Assembly: GCA_965140585.1 (NCBI GenBank)
Contig: OZ223269.1
Location: 1,243,981 to 1,307,980, forward strand
Length of the DNA: 64,000 nt
Source: Spirochaetia bacterium
Lineage (GTDB): Bacteria; Spirochaetota; Spirochaetia; UBA9216
Direction: 5' to 3'
The notes under the pieces were generated by a model. It saw only the letters and a program-made list of their open reading frames with translations, was not told the origin of the DNA and did not search any database. Made by a program: the position numbers and the translations under genes. Shown piece by piece: positions 10,006-20,740 of the stretch. The first letter of the stretch is position 1. Every line of letters starts with the position of its first letter.

Positions 10006-10493
10006 TTTTCCTTCAATTCAATTGTTTTATTCCTGATGTCTATTTCACCGATATATACATCAAGTAAGGGTACAAGATGAATTGAGCCATCAGTATCAAC
10101 TTCAAGCATATCTACAGAAGGTGACTCAACAATTCCTTTTATTACCCCGACCGGGACTTTATCATAAATAAGACTGCAGCCATGCAGATCAGCATGATAA
10201 AATTCACCTTTTTTAAGGCCGGCAGCATATTTTCTTTCGGTATATATTTCCCAACCGGAAAGTTTTTTACCATCTTCAGGATTGTCTATGCCCTGCAGTT
10301 TTAATGCTACTGAAGCAGAACTGCATTTAACATCTTCCACATTAAAAAACTTTGTTTTTCCGGAATATTTCATTTCTATTTCAAGCCCTTTAAGCTTGCT
10401 GAAATGTTTATATTCTCCGGAAAAACTCAGAACTTTAAGATAACCTTTAACTCCGGTTGATGTTCGAATCTTACCGATAGCAATTTTATCCAT
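9990..10493 (-). CDS. rimM: Ribosome maturation factor RimM
   Basis: IGKIRTSTGVKG, EFYHADLHG, PRC barrel; synteny. Confidence 0.93.
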   Translation of the reverse strand: MDKIAIGKIRTSTGVKGYLKVLSFSGEYKHFSKLKGLEIEMKYSGKTKFFNVEDVKCSSASVALKLQGIDNPEDGKKLSGWEIYTERKYAAGLKKGEFYHADLHGCSLIYDKVPVGVIKGIVESPSVDMLEVDTDGSIHLVPLLDVYIGEIDIRNKTIELKEKWLLE

Positions 10494-10727
10494 CTAATCA
10501 AGAATTTCCAGAACTACCCTTTTACCGGTTTTGGTTGCAGAAGCACTTAAAATGGTTCGAACCGCTTTAGCGATTCTGCCGTGCTTACCGATTACCTTTC
10601 CGATATCATCAGGAGATACTTTAAGCTCGAGAATAGTAGATTTTTCACCTTCGATCATGTTGACAACAACCCCTGAAGGATCATCAACAAGTGATTTAGC
10701 TATATATTCGACAAGGTCTTTTTCCAA
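10494..10727 (-). CDS. khpA: KH-domain RNA-binding protein
   Basis: DIGKVIGKHGRIAKAVRT; between rpsP and rimM. Confidence 0.95.
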   Translation of the reverse strand: MEKDLVEYIAKSLVDDPSGVVVNMIEGEKSTILELKVSPDDIGKVIGKHGRIAKAVRTILSASATKTGKRVVLEILD

Positions 10728-10753
10728 CTGGGACTCCTTAATAAACTGCTTTC

Positions 10754-11005
10754 TTATTTAATAAAAATATTATTTTTGTTAAGCAGTTTTTTAACAGTAT
10801 CAGTAGGTCTGGCGCCTTTTTCGAGCCAGTCTTTAATCCTGTCTTCTTTTAATTTCAGCTGATTCTCTTCAAGTTCGATTGGATGATAAAATCCTACTTC
10901 CTCAATTGTTCTTCCGTCACGTGCAGTTCTGGAATCCATAACAACGATTCTGTAGTATGGTCTTTTTTTGGTTCCGAATCTTTTCAGTCTGATCTTTGTG
11001 CTCAC
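10754..11005 (-). CDS. rpsP: 30S ribosomal protein S16
   Basis: KIRLKRFGTKKRPYYRIVV...RDGRTIEEVGFYHP. Confidence 0.99.
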   Translation of the reverse strand: MSTKIRLKRFGTKKRPYYRIVVMDSRTARDGRTIEEVGFYHPIELEENQLKLKEDRIKDWLEKGARPTDTVKKLLNKNNIFIK

Positions 11006-11020
11006 TAGAGCCTCCTGTGT

Positions 11021-12355
11021 TTATCGTACTCCACCCAGCTGATTCATGAGCTGAGCCTGGTATTTCTTATTTTTGGTAACCTTTTTCATCATAAGCCGCA
11101 TTTTATCGAACTTCTTGATAAGCCGGTTAACTTCATACACGTTTGTACCGCTTCCCTTAGCGATACGTTTTCGACGCGAAGGGCTTATTATACGATGATT
11201 TCGACGTTCCTGTATAGTCATCGAAAGTATAATAGCTTCCTCGCGTTTTATTTCATTTTCATCGATATCGTCCTCGCTTATCCTGCCGGCAGCTCCGGGA
11301 ACCATATCAATCAATGATTTAATGCTTCCCATCTTCTTAACCCGCTGGAACTGCTCAAGGTAATCTTCGAGTGTGAAGGTAGCCTTAGCCATCTTTTCTT
11401 CAAGCTTTTTGGCATCTTCCTCATCGATTGTTTCCTGAGCCTTTTCAACGAGAGAAACAACATCTCCCATGCCGAGTATTCTTGTGGCAATCCTTTCAGG
11501 GAAAAAGGGTTCAAGATCTTCGGTTTTTTCACCGGTACCTACAAATTTAATAGGTTTACCGGTTACTGATTTTAGCGACAGTGCCGCTCCGCCTCTCGCA
11601 TCTGAATCGAATTTACTGAGGATAACACCGCTGATTCCTACAGCTTCATCAAATTCTTTTGCAATTTCAACCGCATGCTGTCCCGTCATTGAGTCTGCAA
11701 CAAGGAGGGTTTCATCAGGCTTTGCAGCAGAAGCTACAGCCTTTATCTCCTTCATCAGATCCTGGTCGACATGCATACGACCGGCAGTATCTATAATAAC
11801 AGTATTGAACTGCTCTTTTTTCGCTTTCTTAAGAGCATTTTTCACTACCGATAGAGGGTCTTTTGTATCCTCCGAATAAACATCAACGCCTACCTGTTCT
11901 CCGAGAACGTGAAGCTGCTTTACCGCAGCCGGCCTCACCAGGTCTGCCGCTACAAGAAGGGGTTTTCTTCCTTCTTTTTTAAGCCTTAAAGCAAGCTTTG
12001 CAGAGGTTGTTGTTTTACCGGACCCCTGAAGGCCCATCATTAGAATAACACTTGCTGTATCCGGACCTTTTAAATTGAGCTCCTGACGCTCATCACCAAG
12101 CAGAGTTACCATCCGGTCATGAACGATCTTGATAAACTGCTGTCCCGGGTTTACTGCTTTGAGAACAGCCTCGCCCTTTGCTTCTTCAATGGTCCTGTTT
12201 ACAAATCTCCGGACAACTCTGATATTTACATCTGCTTCAAGCAGGGCTATTTTTATCTGCTCAACAGCCTCTTCGATGTTTTTTTCTGAGATTGCAGCAT
12301 TGCCGGAAATTTTCCTGAATATGTCTGAGAATTTATTTGATAGATTGTCCAGCAT
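11021..12355 (-). CDS. ffh: Signal recognition particle protein
   Basis: ALLEADV, GLQGSGKTT, DTAGR, SKFDSDARGG, M domain. Confidence 0.98.
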   Translation of the reverse strand: MLDNLSNKFSDIFRKISGNAAISEKNIEEAVEQIKIALLEADVNIRVVRRFVNRTIEEAKGEAVLKAVNPGQQFIKIVHDRMVTLLGDERQELNLKGPDTASVILMMGLQGSGKTTTSAKLALRLKKEGRKPLLVAADLVRPAAVKQLHVLGEQVGVDVYSEDTKDPLSVVKNALKKAKKEQFNTVIIDTAGRMHVDQDLMKEIKAVASAAKPDETLLVADSMTGQHAVEIAKEFDEAVGISGVILSKFDSDARGGAALSLKSVTGKPIKFVGTGEKTEDLEPFFPERIATRILGMGDVVSLVEKAQETIDEEDAKKLEEKMAKATFTLEDYLEQFQRVKKMGSIKSLIDMVPGAAGRISEDDIDENEIKREEAIILSMTIQERRNHRIISPSRRKRIAKGSGTNVYEVNRLIKKFDKMRLMMKKVTKNKKYQAQLMNQLGGVR

Positions 12356-12424
12356 TACTCCATATCCTCCGGATTTTAGTGACAGTTATACCCTGAAATC
12401 AACATGAATGTCAACATTAAAGAC

Positions 12425-13738
12425 TTACCGTATATAGATATATCTTCGTTCAAGATAGTTGATTCTTTCCCTGGAGTCCTCCCAGTAAAGACTGATTGGA
12501 AATTCATCAACAATCTTTTTATAATAATCTATTGATTTTCTGATATCCCTTAAACCGGAAACAGATTCATACTGTTTTGCAAGAAAGAAATAGACTGAAT
12601 CAAGCTCAAGAAAGTCAAAATCAGGCATTCTTGATTCGATAAGTTCTACAGCTGCCTCCGGATTTCCGTCTTCAGCCATAGTTTTACAGTATTCCAGCAG
12701 GTCCTTCGTGTTTTCGGGGATAACCGGTGCAATCTGCGGCTGTTCAGCCCGGATTGCCGGCGTAAAATCCTCATTAGAGATATTTATTTGTGTATCAGCA
12801 GTTTCAGCGGCGTCCGCTATCTCAGCTTTTGTCTCCGCCGGGTCTATACTTTGTACATTATCAACAACTGTGATTGAAACCAGTGCCTTTTCTACAGAAT
12901 CTGCCCGGTAATCGCTCAGGGAAAATTCAAGCTCCGCAACGCACTCACGGTAGCAGAAAAAAGAAAACACAGTATTATCATTTAAAAAATCACGGCCGTT
13001 ATATCTGATTTTATCTTCATCTGTATCTGATTCAGTAAAACCATTGAAAAGCCAGCCTTCCCCGGGCAGTTCAAAAACCGCTAACTCACCGGAAACAGCC
13101 TCTACCTGAAGAATAATCGGCTGGCATGTTTCTTCGGCCGGAGTAGTTTTCAATGCCGCGGATTCTGACGACTGTGCCGCCGCTGCTGTTTCCTGAGAGG
13201 TTTTCTGAAAAGCAGCACCAACCGGCGGTTCTGAGGCTGAGACTGCAGAAGCCGTAAGCTGAGCGGCTTTTAAGGCCCCGGGCAGAACCTCCGGAACCTC
13301 AGAAGGTTTAATTTCGGAGTCTGCAGCTGCTTCAGAGCTGTCAATGGACGTCGGATTATTCTCAGACTGAACAGCTTGTTGAGTTTGCTTTTCTTTAAAA
13401 TCGGACTGATGTAAGACAAGCGGAGGTTCCGCATACTCATCTGGCTCATTTTCGGCAAAAGGCGGTACAGCAGCATCAACAGCGGTAATAATTTTAGAAG
13501 ATATATCCTCAGAGATAGGCCCGATTATAATATCGTTTTCATCTGATCCTGAAACTTCGGTTATCTCAGAAGCAGATTCAGACTCTTCTATATGGCTTTT
13601 TTCTACAGGTTTAAATATCCCGGGAAAAGTACTGCAGGAAAAAGCAGTGGTCAGCATGATGACTGTAAGGAAGAACAATTGTAAAGACCTTAAAAGTGAG
13701 CGGTTAGTTTTAGGCGGTATATCAGGGCACATCTGCAT
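12425..13738 (-). CDS. Hypothetical lipoprotein with C-terminal TPR-like region; start uncertain
   Basis: Lipobox AFSC, low-complexity A/E/S linker, GEGWLFNG motif, FLAKQYE...YYKKIVDEFP. Confidence 0.75.
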   Translation of the reverse strand: MQMCPDIPPKTNRSLLRSLQLFFLTVIMLTTAFSCSTFPGIFKPVEKSHIEESESASEITEVSGSDENDIIIGPISEDISSKIITAVDAAVPPFAENEPDEYAEPPLVLHQSDFKEKQTQQAVQSENNPTSIDSSEAAADSEIKPSEVPEVLPGALKAAQLTASAVSASEPPVGAAFQKTSQETAAAAQSSESAALKTTPAEETCQPIILQVEAVSGELAVFELPGEGWLFNGFTESDTDEDKIRYNGRDFLNDNTVFSFFCYRECVAELEFSLSDYRADSVEKALVSITVVDNVQSIDPAETKAEIADAAETADTQINISNEDFTPAIRAEQPQIAPVIPENTKDLLEYCKTMAEDGNPEAAVELIESRMPDFDFLELDSVYFFLAKQYESVSGLRDIRKSIDYYKKIVDEFPISLYWEDSRERINYLERRYIYIR

Positions 13739-14141
13739 AGATTTCCCTGATTTTCTTTTCAAGTTCTATCTCAAGGAGTTCTCTAGTTATTTCTTTTTGA
13801 TCTATCCAGTATTGATCGGTAAAATCACTGCTCCAGCGGCTTTGAGGCTCCCTGGAAAGCAGATATTCGGATGTTTCAGGATTAAGGTTATCGTCATAAA
13901 GCATAAAGTCGGAAAGCAGCGGTTTCTCTGCTGACAGGGCTGAACCGTCAACGGACTGCGGAATCGAGTAACCCGCTGCCGCCGGTTTCTTTGTGCCGCG
14001 AATTATAAGGCTTCCGGCAATCAAAATAACTGCAATCCCAATTACCGAAATAAATATTATCAGGATTATCCTAAGCTCCCTGTGACTGAAACTGAAAATT
14101 CCTGATAAATCTATCTGCGGTAATTTGAACGGGAGTTTCAT
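13722..14141 (-). CDS. Hypothetical single-pass membrane protein
   Basis: One hydrophobic helix; ATGA overlap with smc stop. Confidence 0.75.
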   Translation of the reverse strand: MKLPFKLPQIDLSGIFSFSHRELRIILIIFISVIGIAVILIAGSLIIRGTKKPAAAGYSIPQSVDGSALSAEKPLLSDFMLYDDNLNPETSEYLLSREPQSRWSSDFTDQYWIDQKEITRELLEIELEKKIREIYADVP

Positions 14142-16954
14142 GTCACCTCAGCCTTTTCTTCCTCTGAGGCGGAGGTTCTGCTGTCTATGCGGATTGAGAC
14201 AGCCTTGGAAACTCCTGATTCTTCCATTGTGACACCAAGCAGCGCACTTGCTCCGGCTACTGTTTTCTTGTTATGGGTAATAACAATAAACTGTGATTTT
14301 TTTCCGAACTCCATCAGGGTGTTTACAAAGCGGCCGACATTTGCCTCATCAAGGGCAGCGTCGATCTCATCAAGGATACAGAAGGGAGAAGGCTTAACCA
14401 TATAAGTTGCAAAAAGCAGACCTACAGCTGTAAGCGAACGCTCACCACCTGAAAGAAGAGCAATATTCTCAAGCTTCTTTCCTGGAGGCTGTGCGTATAT
14501 TTCAATACCTGAAGTGAGAACCTCATCCGGTTCAACAAGCTTAAGTTCAGCACGGCCTCCGCCGAAGAGTCTTCTGAACATAACATGGAAGTTCTTCCGG
14601 AGTTTATCATAAGTATCAAGAAACAATTCGGTTGATTCTGTCCGAATCTGATTTGTAATCAACTTAAGATCGTCACGGGCTTTTTTAAGGTCCTCTATCT
14701 GATTGTTGAGAAACTCATACCGTTCCTTGATCTCTTCATATTCTTCCGGTGCCATTAAATTGACTGAGCCCAGGCTTTTAAGAGATTCTTTTCTGGAAGA
14801 AAGCTTATCACGATAATCCTTCATTTCACCGGGAATCTCATATATGCGGGAATCGTAATCGGTAAGATCACGTGAATGTTTTTCTATAAAATTGTCATAG
14901 ACATTGCGGATTTCTATCTTGATATTGGAAACTTCAATATGCAGCTCTTCAATCTGCTGCTGAATTTTCCCGAGGCCTTCCATTTTATCCTTGAGTTTCT
15001 TTTCACGGCTCTTCATATCGTTGTTTTTACGAGAAATACCGCTTTCAAGTTTTTCCAGCTCTTTGCGAAGCTGTGCTTCCTGCTTGTCGAGTTCGGCTTT
15101 TTCCTTCTCGATAGTCTGAAGCTGTTTTGTGATATTCTCAAGCCTGGAATTGCATGATTCGAGATCATTGCGGTTCTCAAGAATCAACCCCTGCTGTTCG
15201 TGCAGATCTCTTTCCTGCATTTTAAGCGCATCTGCGGCAGATTTCAGCCTGGCCTCTAGTCTTACCCTTGTAAGCCTGAGCTCTTCAAGAGTCTTGCGGT
15301 ATTCTTCAATTTTAAGAGACAGTTTCCTGTTCTCTTCGCGGAGCAGTTTTGCCTTATCACGCATAGAGGCAATCATTTCACGGTTTTCTTCGATATTTTC
15401 ATCTATTTTACGTTTCGATGCGATAATACCCTGAGGCGCCAGAAACTCATCAATGAAGGCCGGTATAGTTTCCTTGTATTTGGAAAAGGCCTCTGCAATG
15501 GAAGCAGCCATTCCTACAGCCTCAGAAAAGAAATCCTGTGAGTTCGAAATGATTTTACTGCCCTCAGACTCGGCGGCACCGGTTTTTACAGCATCCTTAA
15601 AGATTGCTATTTTTCCTTCTAGAAATATCTTGAGCCCCTGAAGCTGGTTGTTAAGTGCATCATCTGCCTCCTGCCTGGACTTCTGGGAATATCCTGTTTC
15701 CTTCAGCTTTGTATCAAGCTGTTCAACTATGTCATCGGTGATCTTCCTAAGTTCTTCCTGAAGTTCTATCTGCTGCTTTTCACCTTCATCAGCCTTCTTT
15801 TCACAGGTGATAATTTCCTTTTCATTGCTTGCAACGCGGTCGGCGGCGGTTTCGATACTTTTTTCAAACTCGGATATATTATGTTCAGTTTCCTTTATAC
15901 GCTTATTCTGTTCTTCTATCTCAGTCTGGCGCTCTTTGATCTGAGTATTAATAGCCTCGATTTTCCGTTTGAGTATTTCTTCACGGGCAATACAGTTTTC
16001 GGCCTGTTTTTTAACCTCTGCCTGCCGCTCGTTGAGCATCCTTGACTGACTTTCCTTGCCTGATTTCTCAAGATCCATACCATAGAGCTTTTTCTGGTTC
16101 TCGATTAGATCAGACTCCATGTTGTTTACTATATCGAGGTTTTCTTCAAGCGATTCATTTATCTCGTCAATTTCAGAACGAAGTTCATCCTTCTTTTTTT
16201 CTCTGTCGCTGAGCTTAGTCTCTGAATTATTCTGGTTCTCAAGAAGGTTTCGAAGCTTCAGAAGCTGTATATCAAGCTCCAGCTCAAAGATTTCATCTTT
16301 AAGAGCCCTGTATTTTACTGTTTTGTCCGACTGTACTTTAAGGGTATCGTGTGAGCGTTTTACCTCGCTGAGGATACTCTCAACCTGCCGCATATTTTCT
16401 TCGGTCCGTGCTAACTTGCGCTCAGCCTCTGCCCCACGAATCTTATATTTTGTAATACCGGCAGCTTCCTCAAAAAGGTAGCGCCTTTCCTCAGGTTTAT
16501 TGGAGAGGATCTGGTCGATCTTGCCCTGCTCCATAATTGAATAAGCGGATTTTCCTATACCGGTATCAAAGAAGAGCTCTCTCAGTTCCTTGAGTTTTAT
16601 CTGCGCACCGTTTACAAAGTATTCGCTTTCACCAGAACGGTAGAGCCTTCGTTTAACAGCAATTTCAGGGAGTTCGAGTGGAAGGATTCCTGAATCATTT
16701 GATATTAGAAGGGTAACCTCGGCTACGTTAACAGCTTTTCGTGCTTCGGTTCCGTTAAAGATAACGTCTTCCATTTTCTCTGCTCTAAGAGTTTTTGAAG
16801 ACTGTTCACCAAGAACCCATTTTATAGCATCTACAACATTACTTTTTCCGCAGCCGTTGGGCCCCAGAAGTGCCGAAATGCCTTCACTGAATTCGATGTT
16901 TACCCTGTCTGCAAATGATTTAAAACCGAAAATTTCTACGCTTTTTAAAAACAC
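14138..16954 (-). CDS. smc: SMC chromosome segregation protein (short form)
   Basis: FGFKSFAD, Walker A GPNGCGKSN, LSGGE, LDEIDAALD, long coiled coils; 938 aa. Confidence 0.95.
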   Translation of the reverse strand: MFLKSVEIFGFKSFADRVNIEFSEGISALLGPNGCGKSNVVDAIKWVLGEQSSKTLRAEKMEDVIFNGTEARKAVNVAEVTLLISNDSGILPLELPEIAVKRRLYRSGESEYFVNGAQIKLKELRELFFDTGIGKSAYSIMEQGKIDQILSNKPEERRYLFEEAAGITKYKIRGAEAERKLARTEENMRQVESILSEVKRSHDTLKVQSDKTVKYRALKDEIFELELDIQLLKLRNLLENQNNSETKLSDREKKKDELRSEIDEINESLEENLDIVNNMESDLIENQKKLYGMDLEKSGKESQSRMLNERQAEVKKQAENCIAREEILKRKIEAINTQIKERQTEIEEQNKRIKETEHNISEFEKSIETAADRVASNEKEIITCEKKADEGEKQQIELQEELRKITDDIVEQLDTKLKETGYSQKSRQEADDALNNQLQGLKIFLEGKIAIFKDAVKTGAAESEGSKIISNSQDFFSEAVGMAASIAEAFSKYKETIPAFIDEFLAPQGIIASKRKIDENIEENREMIASMRDKAKLLREENRKLSLKIEEYRKTLEELRLTRVRLEARLKSAADALKMQERDLHEQQGLILENRNDLESCNSRLENITKQLQTIEKEKAELDKQEAQLRKELEKLESGISRKNNDMKSREKKLKDKMEGLGKIQQQIEELHIEVSNIKIEIRNVYDNFIEKHSRDLTDYDSRIYEIPGEMKDYRDKLSSRKESLKSLGSVNLMAPEEYEEIKERYEFLNNQIEDLKKARDDLKLITNQIRTESTELFLDTYDKLRKNFHVMFRRLFGGGRAELKLVEPDEVLTSGIEIYAQPPGKKLENIALLSGGERSLTAVGLLFATYMVKPSPFCILDEIDAALDEANVGRFVNTLMEFGKKSQFIVITHNKKTVAGASALLGVTMEESGVSKAVSIRIDSRTSASEEEKAEVT

Positions 16955-17071
16955 GTCTGCTCCCGAAAATTACATACCACTTAGTTTCAGCAGTATATTA
17001 ACACAGTATTTATATAAAATCACTAAACAGCGATTATTTCATTCTTTTTTTTAGTGTGATAATATTCACCA

Positions 17072-17644
17072 ATGACAAAGCCAATAACAGCCGGAATTGA
17101 TGAAGCAGGACGCGGCCCACTTGCCGGTCCGGTCACTGCCGCAGCGGTGATTCTTCCTGATGATTTTGATATAACCATATTGAATGACTCAAAAAAACTA
17201 TCAGAAAAAAAAAGGCTTGCAGCCGCCTCTGTGATACTCAAAAATGCTGTAGCCTGCTCAACAGGTTGGGCCTGGCCGTCGGAGATTGATGAAATAAATA
17301 TTCACCATGCCAGCCTGCTTGCCATGAAGCGGGCAGCAGAGGATTTAGGTATTATTCCTGAAAATTACCTTATCGACGGAAAATTCGTCCCGGAACTGGA
17401 TGCTCCTGCCCTGGCAGTAGTCAAAGGCGACAGCATCCATCCATGCATCATGGCAGCTTCAATTATCGCAAAAACAGCTAGAGATATGTGGATGATCCGT
17501 TATTCCTGGATAGAACCGGAATGGCGTTTTGAAACGCACAAGGGGTATCCGACAAAAATGCATGCCGATCTCTGCCGCCAGTACGGGCTTTCTGCTATAC
17601 ACAGAAAGACATTTAACGTCCCTTACTCTTCTTGTTCTTCATAA
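17072..17644 (+). CDS. rnhB: Ribonuclease HII
   Basis: AGIDEAGRGPLAGPV, LNDSKKL, LIDG, KGD, AASIIAK, HKGYPT. Confidence 0.97.
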   Translation: MTKPITAGIDEAGRGPLAGPVTAAAVILPDDFDITILNDSKKLSEKKRLAAASVILKNAVACSTGWAWPSEIDEINIHHASLLAMKRAAEDLGIIPENYLIDGKFVPELDAPALAVVKGDSIHPCIMAASIIAKTARDMWMIRYSWIEPEWRFETHKGYPTKMHADLCRQYGLSAIHRKTFNVPYSSCSS

Positions 17645-17861
17645 AATCAAGAGCTTTCTGAAGTTCATGGGAGAAATGGTGCATATCCTCTTCAAAGACC
17701 ACAATGGAATGGCGCTCAAATCCGGTCCCGCCGTGTTCTTTGCTCTCAACTACATTCAGGAAAAGGTCTCCCTGCCTGTTCTCTTTCACATTGAAAAAAT
17801 AGGTTCTCTTTCCTTCTGTTGTTGTTGCCTTGCAAGTAAATAATTCGCCCCTGACACCCAT
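17613..17861 (-). CDS. PUR-family ssDNA/RNA-binding protein (DUF3276, BpuR-like)
   Basis: RGELF...RTYFFNVKENRQGDLFLNVVESK...FERHSIVVFEED. Confidence 0.88.
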   Translation of the reverse strand: MGVRGELFTCKATTTEGKRTYFFNVKENRQGDLFLNVVESKEHGGTGFERHSIVVFEEDMHHFSHELQKALDFMKNKKSKGR

Positions 17862-17897
17862 AATAACCCCTTCTCTGTTACAAAGCAGATGTAAATA

Positions 17898-17923
17898 ATA
17901 AAAAAGGCATCCCTACGGATGCC
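17898..17923 (-). terminator. Intrinsic terminator upstream of the PUR gene
   Basis: Minus strand GGCATCC-GTAG-GGATGCC-TTTTTTATT. Confidence 0.75.
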
Positions 17924-18088
17924 GGTCTATATATAGAACCGCGCTTGCGGTTACAGTCAATACCCTGTGTATGGGATATATATAACGGTTATGAAAAATT
18001 TTGTCAATAAATTATATTCGGATATCCTGATGAAAATACTCTATATTTTAACTTAAATAAATATCATTTTCAAAACAGAATATGTACG

Positions 18089-19075
18089 ATGATTGAAAAT
18101 GGTATCGAATTAAACAGATCATACTATGATGAAATACTCTATACACCCGGCTTCTCAATGAATTCTTCTATCTGCAGGATTTCCGATACCCTTCTTCATC
18201 AGCATGTTTCCCTGGAACTGATATGGGTTATCAGAGGAGAAGTGCATGTAGATACCATTTTTGAAGAAAACGTGTTGAAAGCTGAAGACTTCCTTCTTGT
18301 AGAGATAAATGATTTTCACAGAATTTATTCAAATACTGATAACGAAGTTATAATCACACACATCAATACCGGTGCTGTAAATAAAATTTGCGAACGGCGT
18401 TTTCCTGATTTTATATGCAAATGGATAGAATCCAACCGCAGTCACGGGGAAAAAATCGATATCATTAAAGAACAGATTCTCAATTTAATTCATAACAGGC
18501 CTGAACAGCGCCAGGCGGATGTAACTGTTGACAACATTGTCCGTATTCTACTTTATAACTTTAACTTTATGAATTATCACAATGCGGGTAAGAGCTTTTC
18601 TGCCGCATAGGAAACACGTCTGCTTGAGATTGAAAACTATCTGAAAAAAAATTATATGAAAAAAATCAAGCTTTCCGATATTTCCAGAAATGCGAATATC
18701 GATATGACATACCTTTCACATCTGTTCAGTGAGATTTCATCATTTACATTTATGGAACATCTGAAATATATACGAACAAACACAGCATTGAACCTGCTGC
18801 TTAAATCAGAGCTGCCTGAAATAATCAGAACTCATAAATCCTCTGCAGCTCTGCTTAAACAATATATCCGTGATGATGACGCGCTATCATGTTATTCAGA
18901 AGAACTGAGAGACAAGGTCACCGCAGAGTATCTTTCAGGAACCAGAGTTACCGATATTATGAGTATGTACAATCTTCCAAGAACAACGGTTTATCATTGG
19001 ATTAATGATAAAAAGGTACTCAGGTTGGTATCTCTGAGTACCGGAGTCTTCTGGCGGAGAACAGATACTGTCTGA
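18089..19075 (+). pseudogene. AraC-family regulator interrupted by in-frame TAG (18608-18610), C-terminal HTH altered
   Basis: Cupin (HQHVSLELIWVIRG) continues in frame after TAG into RLLEIENYLKKNYMKKIKLSDIS...YLSHLF...FMEHLKYIR. Confidence 0.75.
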
Positions 19076-19430
19076 AATAATAACTGTTCGGATCAACAAA
19101 TTTTCCATTTTCAGAGGCTACAGCTTGTTCTTCGGTCATAAGGCATCTTCCGTTTGTTGTCAATGATATTACCGCACCGTCATCTGTTTTTAAGAGATAG
19201 CGTGTATCGATAATACCCAGTTTATTGTGATAAAGAAGGTTCCAGTCAGCGCCGAAGTCGAGATTTTTACCTTTCAGCTTGTCGCCTTCAAAGTATCCGC
19301 CCTTTATGGGACAGACTATAAGCTCACCGCGTCCGACATCTCCAACATTGATATCCGGATGCAGTTCGGCCTCCAGGTAAAAAAGTTTTTCAATCTTCAG
19401 CTCGGGCAGTTCAAGAGGTTTTTTATTCAT
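19020..19430 (-). pseudogene. DUF3237 protein, C-terminally truncated
   Basis: PIKGGYFEG.KLKG, GADW, DTRYLLKTDDGA, YYFR, then homology appears to end. Confidence 0.72.
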
Positions 19431-20260
19431 CAGTTACTCCTGTTTTCAATGTTTTCAAGATATGGATGAAAAAGCATCCTTTCCTTTCTTCCAAAATCAG
19501 ACGCAAGAAACCAGTCCTCACCTATGAGCATGGTTTTTCGCGTCTCTGTGTTGTATTTTTCCCATTCAGGGATATCCGCATGATTAGGATTTCCTTCAGC
19601 AGCGAAACCTGCCCATGAAGCCTGAATCCTGTCGGCAAGCGCCACAGGCTGATCATCTCCGGTATATTCAGTTCGGTGAAGGTTATGAAAAACGAAAGCA
19701 AGCTCCACAGCATGACCGGCACCGACATTATCAATGCTTGACGCCCAGGTAAAGTAATACATCCACACATCATTGTGTAATGACTGAAGCTCAGCCATTC
19801 TGATGTTAGGCATGCGGAACAAAAAATCATGGGCAAACTGAAAAGCCTTTTCACTGCTGTCCATATCGGATTTCAGGTCGTAGTATTTTTTCTTCAGAAC
19901 TTCAAGATCAACTTTATCAAGATCAATTGCTGCGGCATTGGCTACCTGGTTATTGGCTTTAAGCCAGTCAAAGATTATATCGTCGAGATCATCATAGTAG
20001 AGACTACAGTACCTAAACTCATCTGCATTAGACCCGATAATCAATTTAATATCAGATGCACATACCTCTTCAATTGCCTTGCCTTGTAGGGATTTAACGG
20101 AATAAGTTTTCCATCTGCCTCAGGGGTAAAGATTCTCTCGGCTTCATAGCCATAATAATCAGATAGTTTGTCGCAGAGTTTTGAGAGTCCATCAGCGTCA
20201 AGCTGCATGAGCCCGGCCGCTGTCTTGACTCCGGAGAGTCTTAGAAGGGTTGCTGCAATT
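19430..20260 (-). pseudogene. Type-B carboxylesterase, C-terminal fragment
   Basis: IIGSNADE, GAGHAVELAFVF, WAGFAAEGNP; no GESAG N-terminal half; 5-bp duplication GCCTT at 20076-20085 shifts the frame. Confidence 0.8.
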
Positions 20261-20540
20261 TACAGAGCTTTCTGTTTTCTTTTATGCAGATTAAGGCTGC
20301 CGATTGGATACTTGTTTTCAACCCGCTGTTTACCCAGTAACGGGGTTACATACAGCTCCATGAATTTGTCCTTTATTGGCTGCATTGCTGCAATAACCTT
20401 AAGATCGGCTATGCGCTTTATATCGGAATCGCTGATGTTCATGATATGTGTGATTACATTCCGGCAGTCTGATTCACCATACTGATTAAAGGCATGTTCA
20501 AATGCATCAAGCGATTCGAACAGCTCCGTCTCCCATGTAG
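20260..20540 (-). pseudogene. Amidohydrolase (YtcJ-like) internal fragment
   Basis: SDSDIKRIADLKVIAAMQP...LLGKQR..NKYP resembles amidohydrolase_3 segment. Confidence 0.5.
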
Positions 20541-20740
20541 TGACAGTGACTCTGGTTCGACAACGGGATCTGTGATACCGTCCCAGCAGACCGAAACAAA
20601 AGAGATTATGCCTTCCTCCGCAGGTGAAATACCCGCAACATCAGTCATAAAAAACAGAAAATAAGTGTAAAATAAGGTTATAGGGAATTGCATCCCCCGT
20701 TTCCCATAACTTTGCCTTCAGTTTTAAGATCTACCATCAC
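20540..20740 (-). pseudogene. MFS glycoside-pentoside-hexuronide transporter, N-terminal fragment
   Basis: YFLFFMTDVAGISP...WDGITDP. Confidence 0.65.

Noticed and set aside
18890-19020. IS3 OrfA-like HTH (YSEELRDKV...TTVYHW) at the end of the AraC pseudogene
   Set aside because: No DDE domain or terminal inverted repeats seen; not enough to call an IS.
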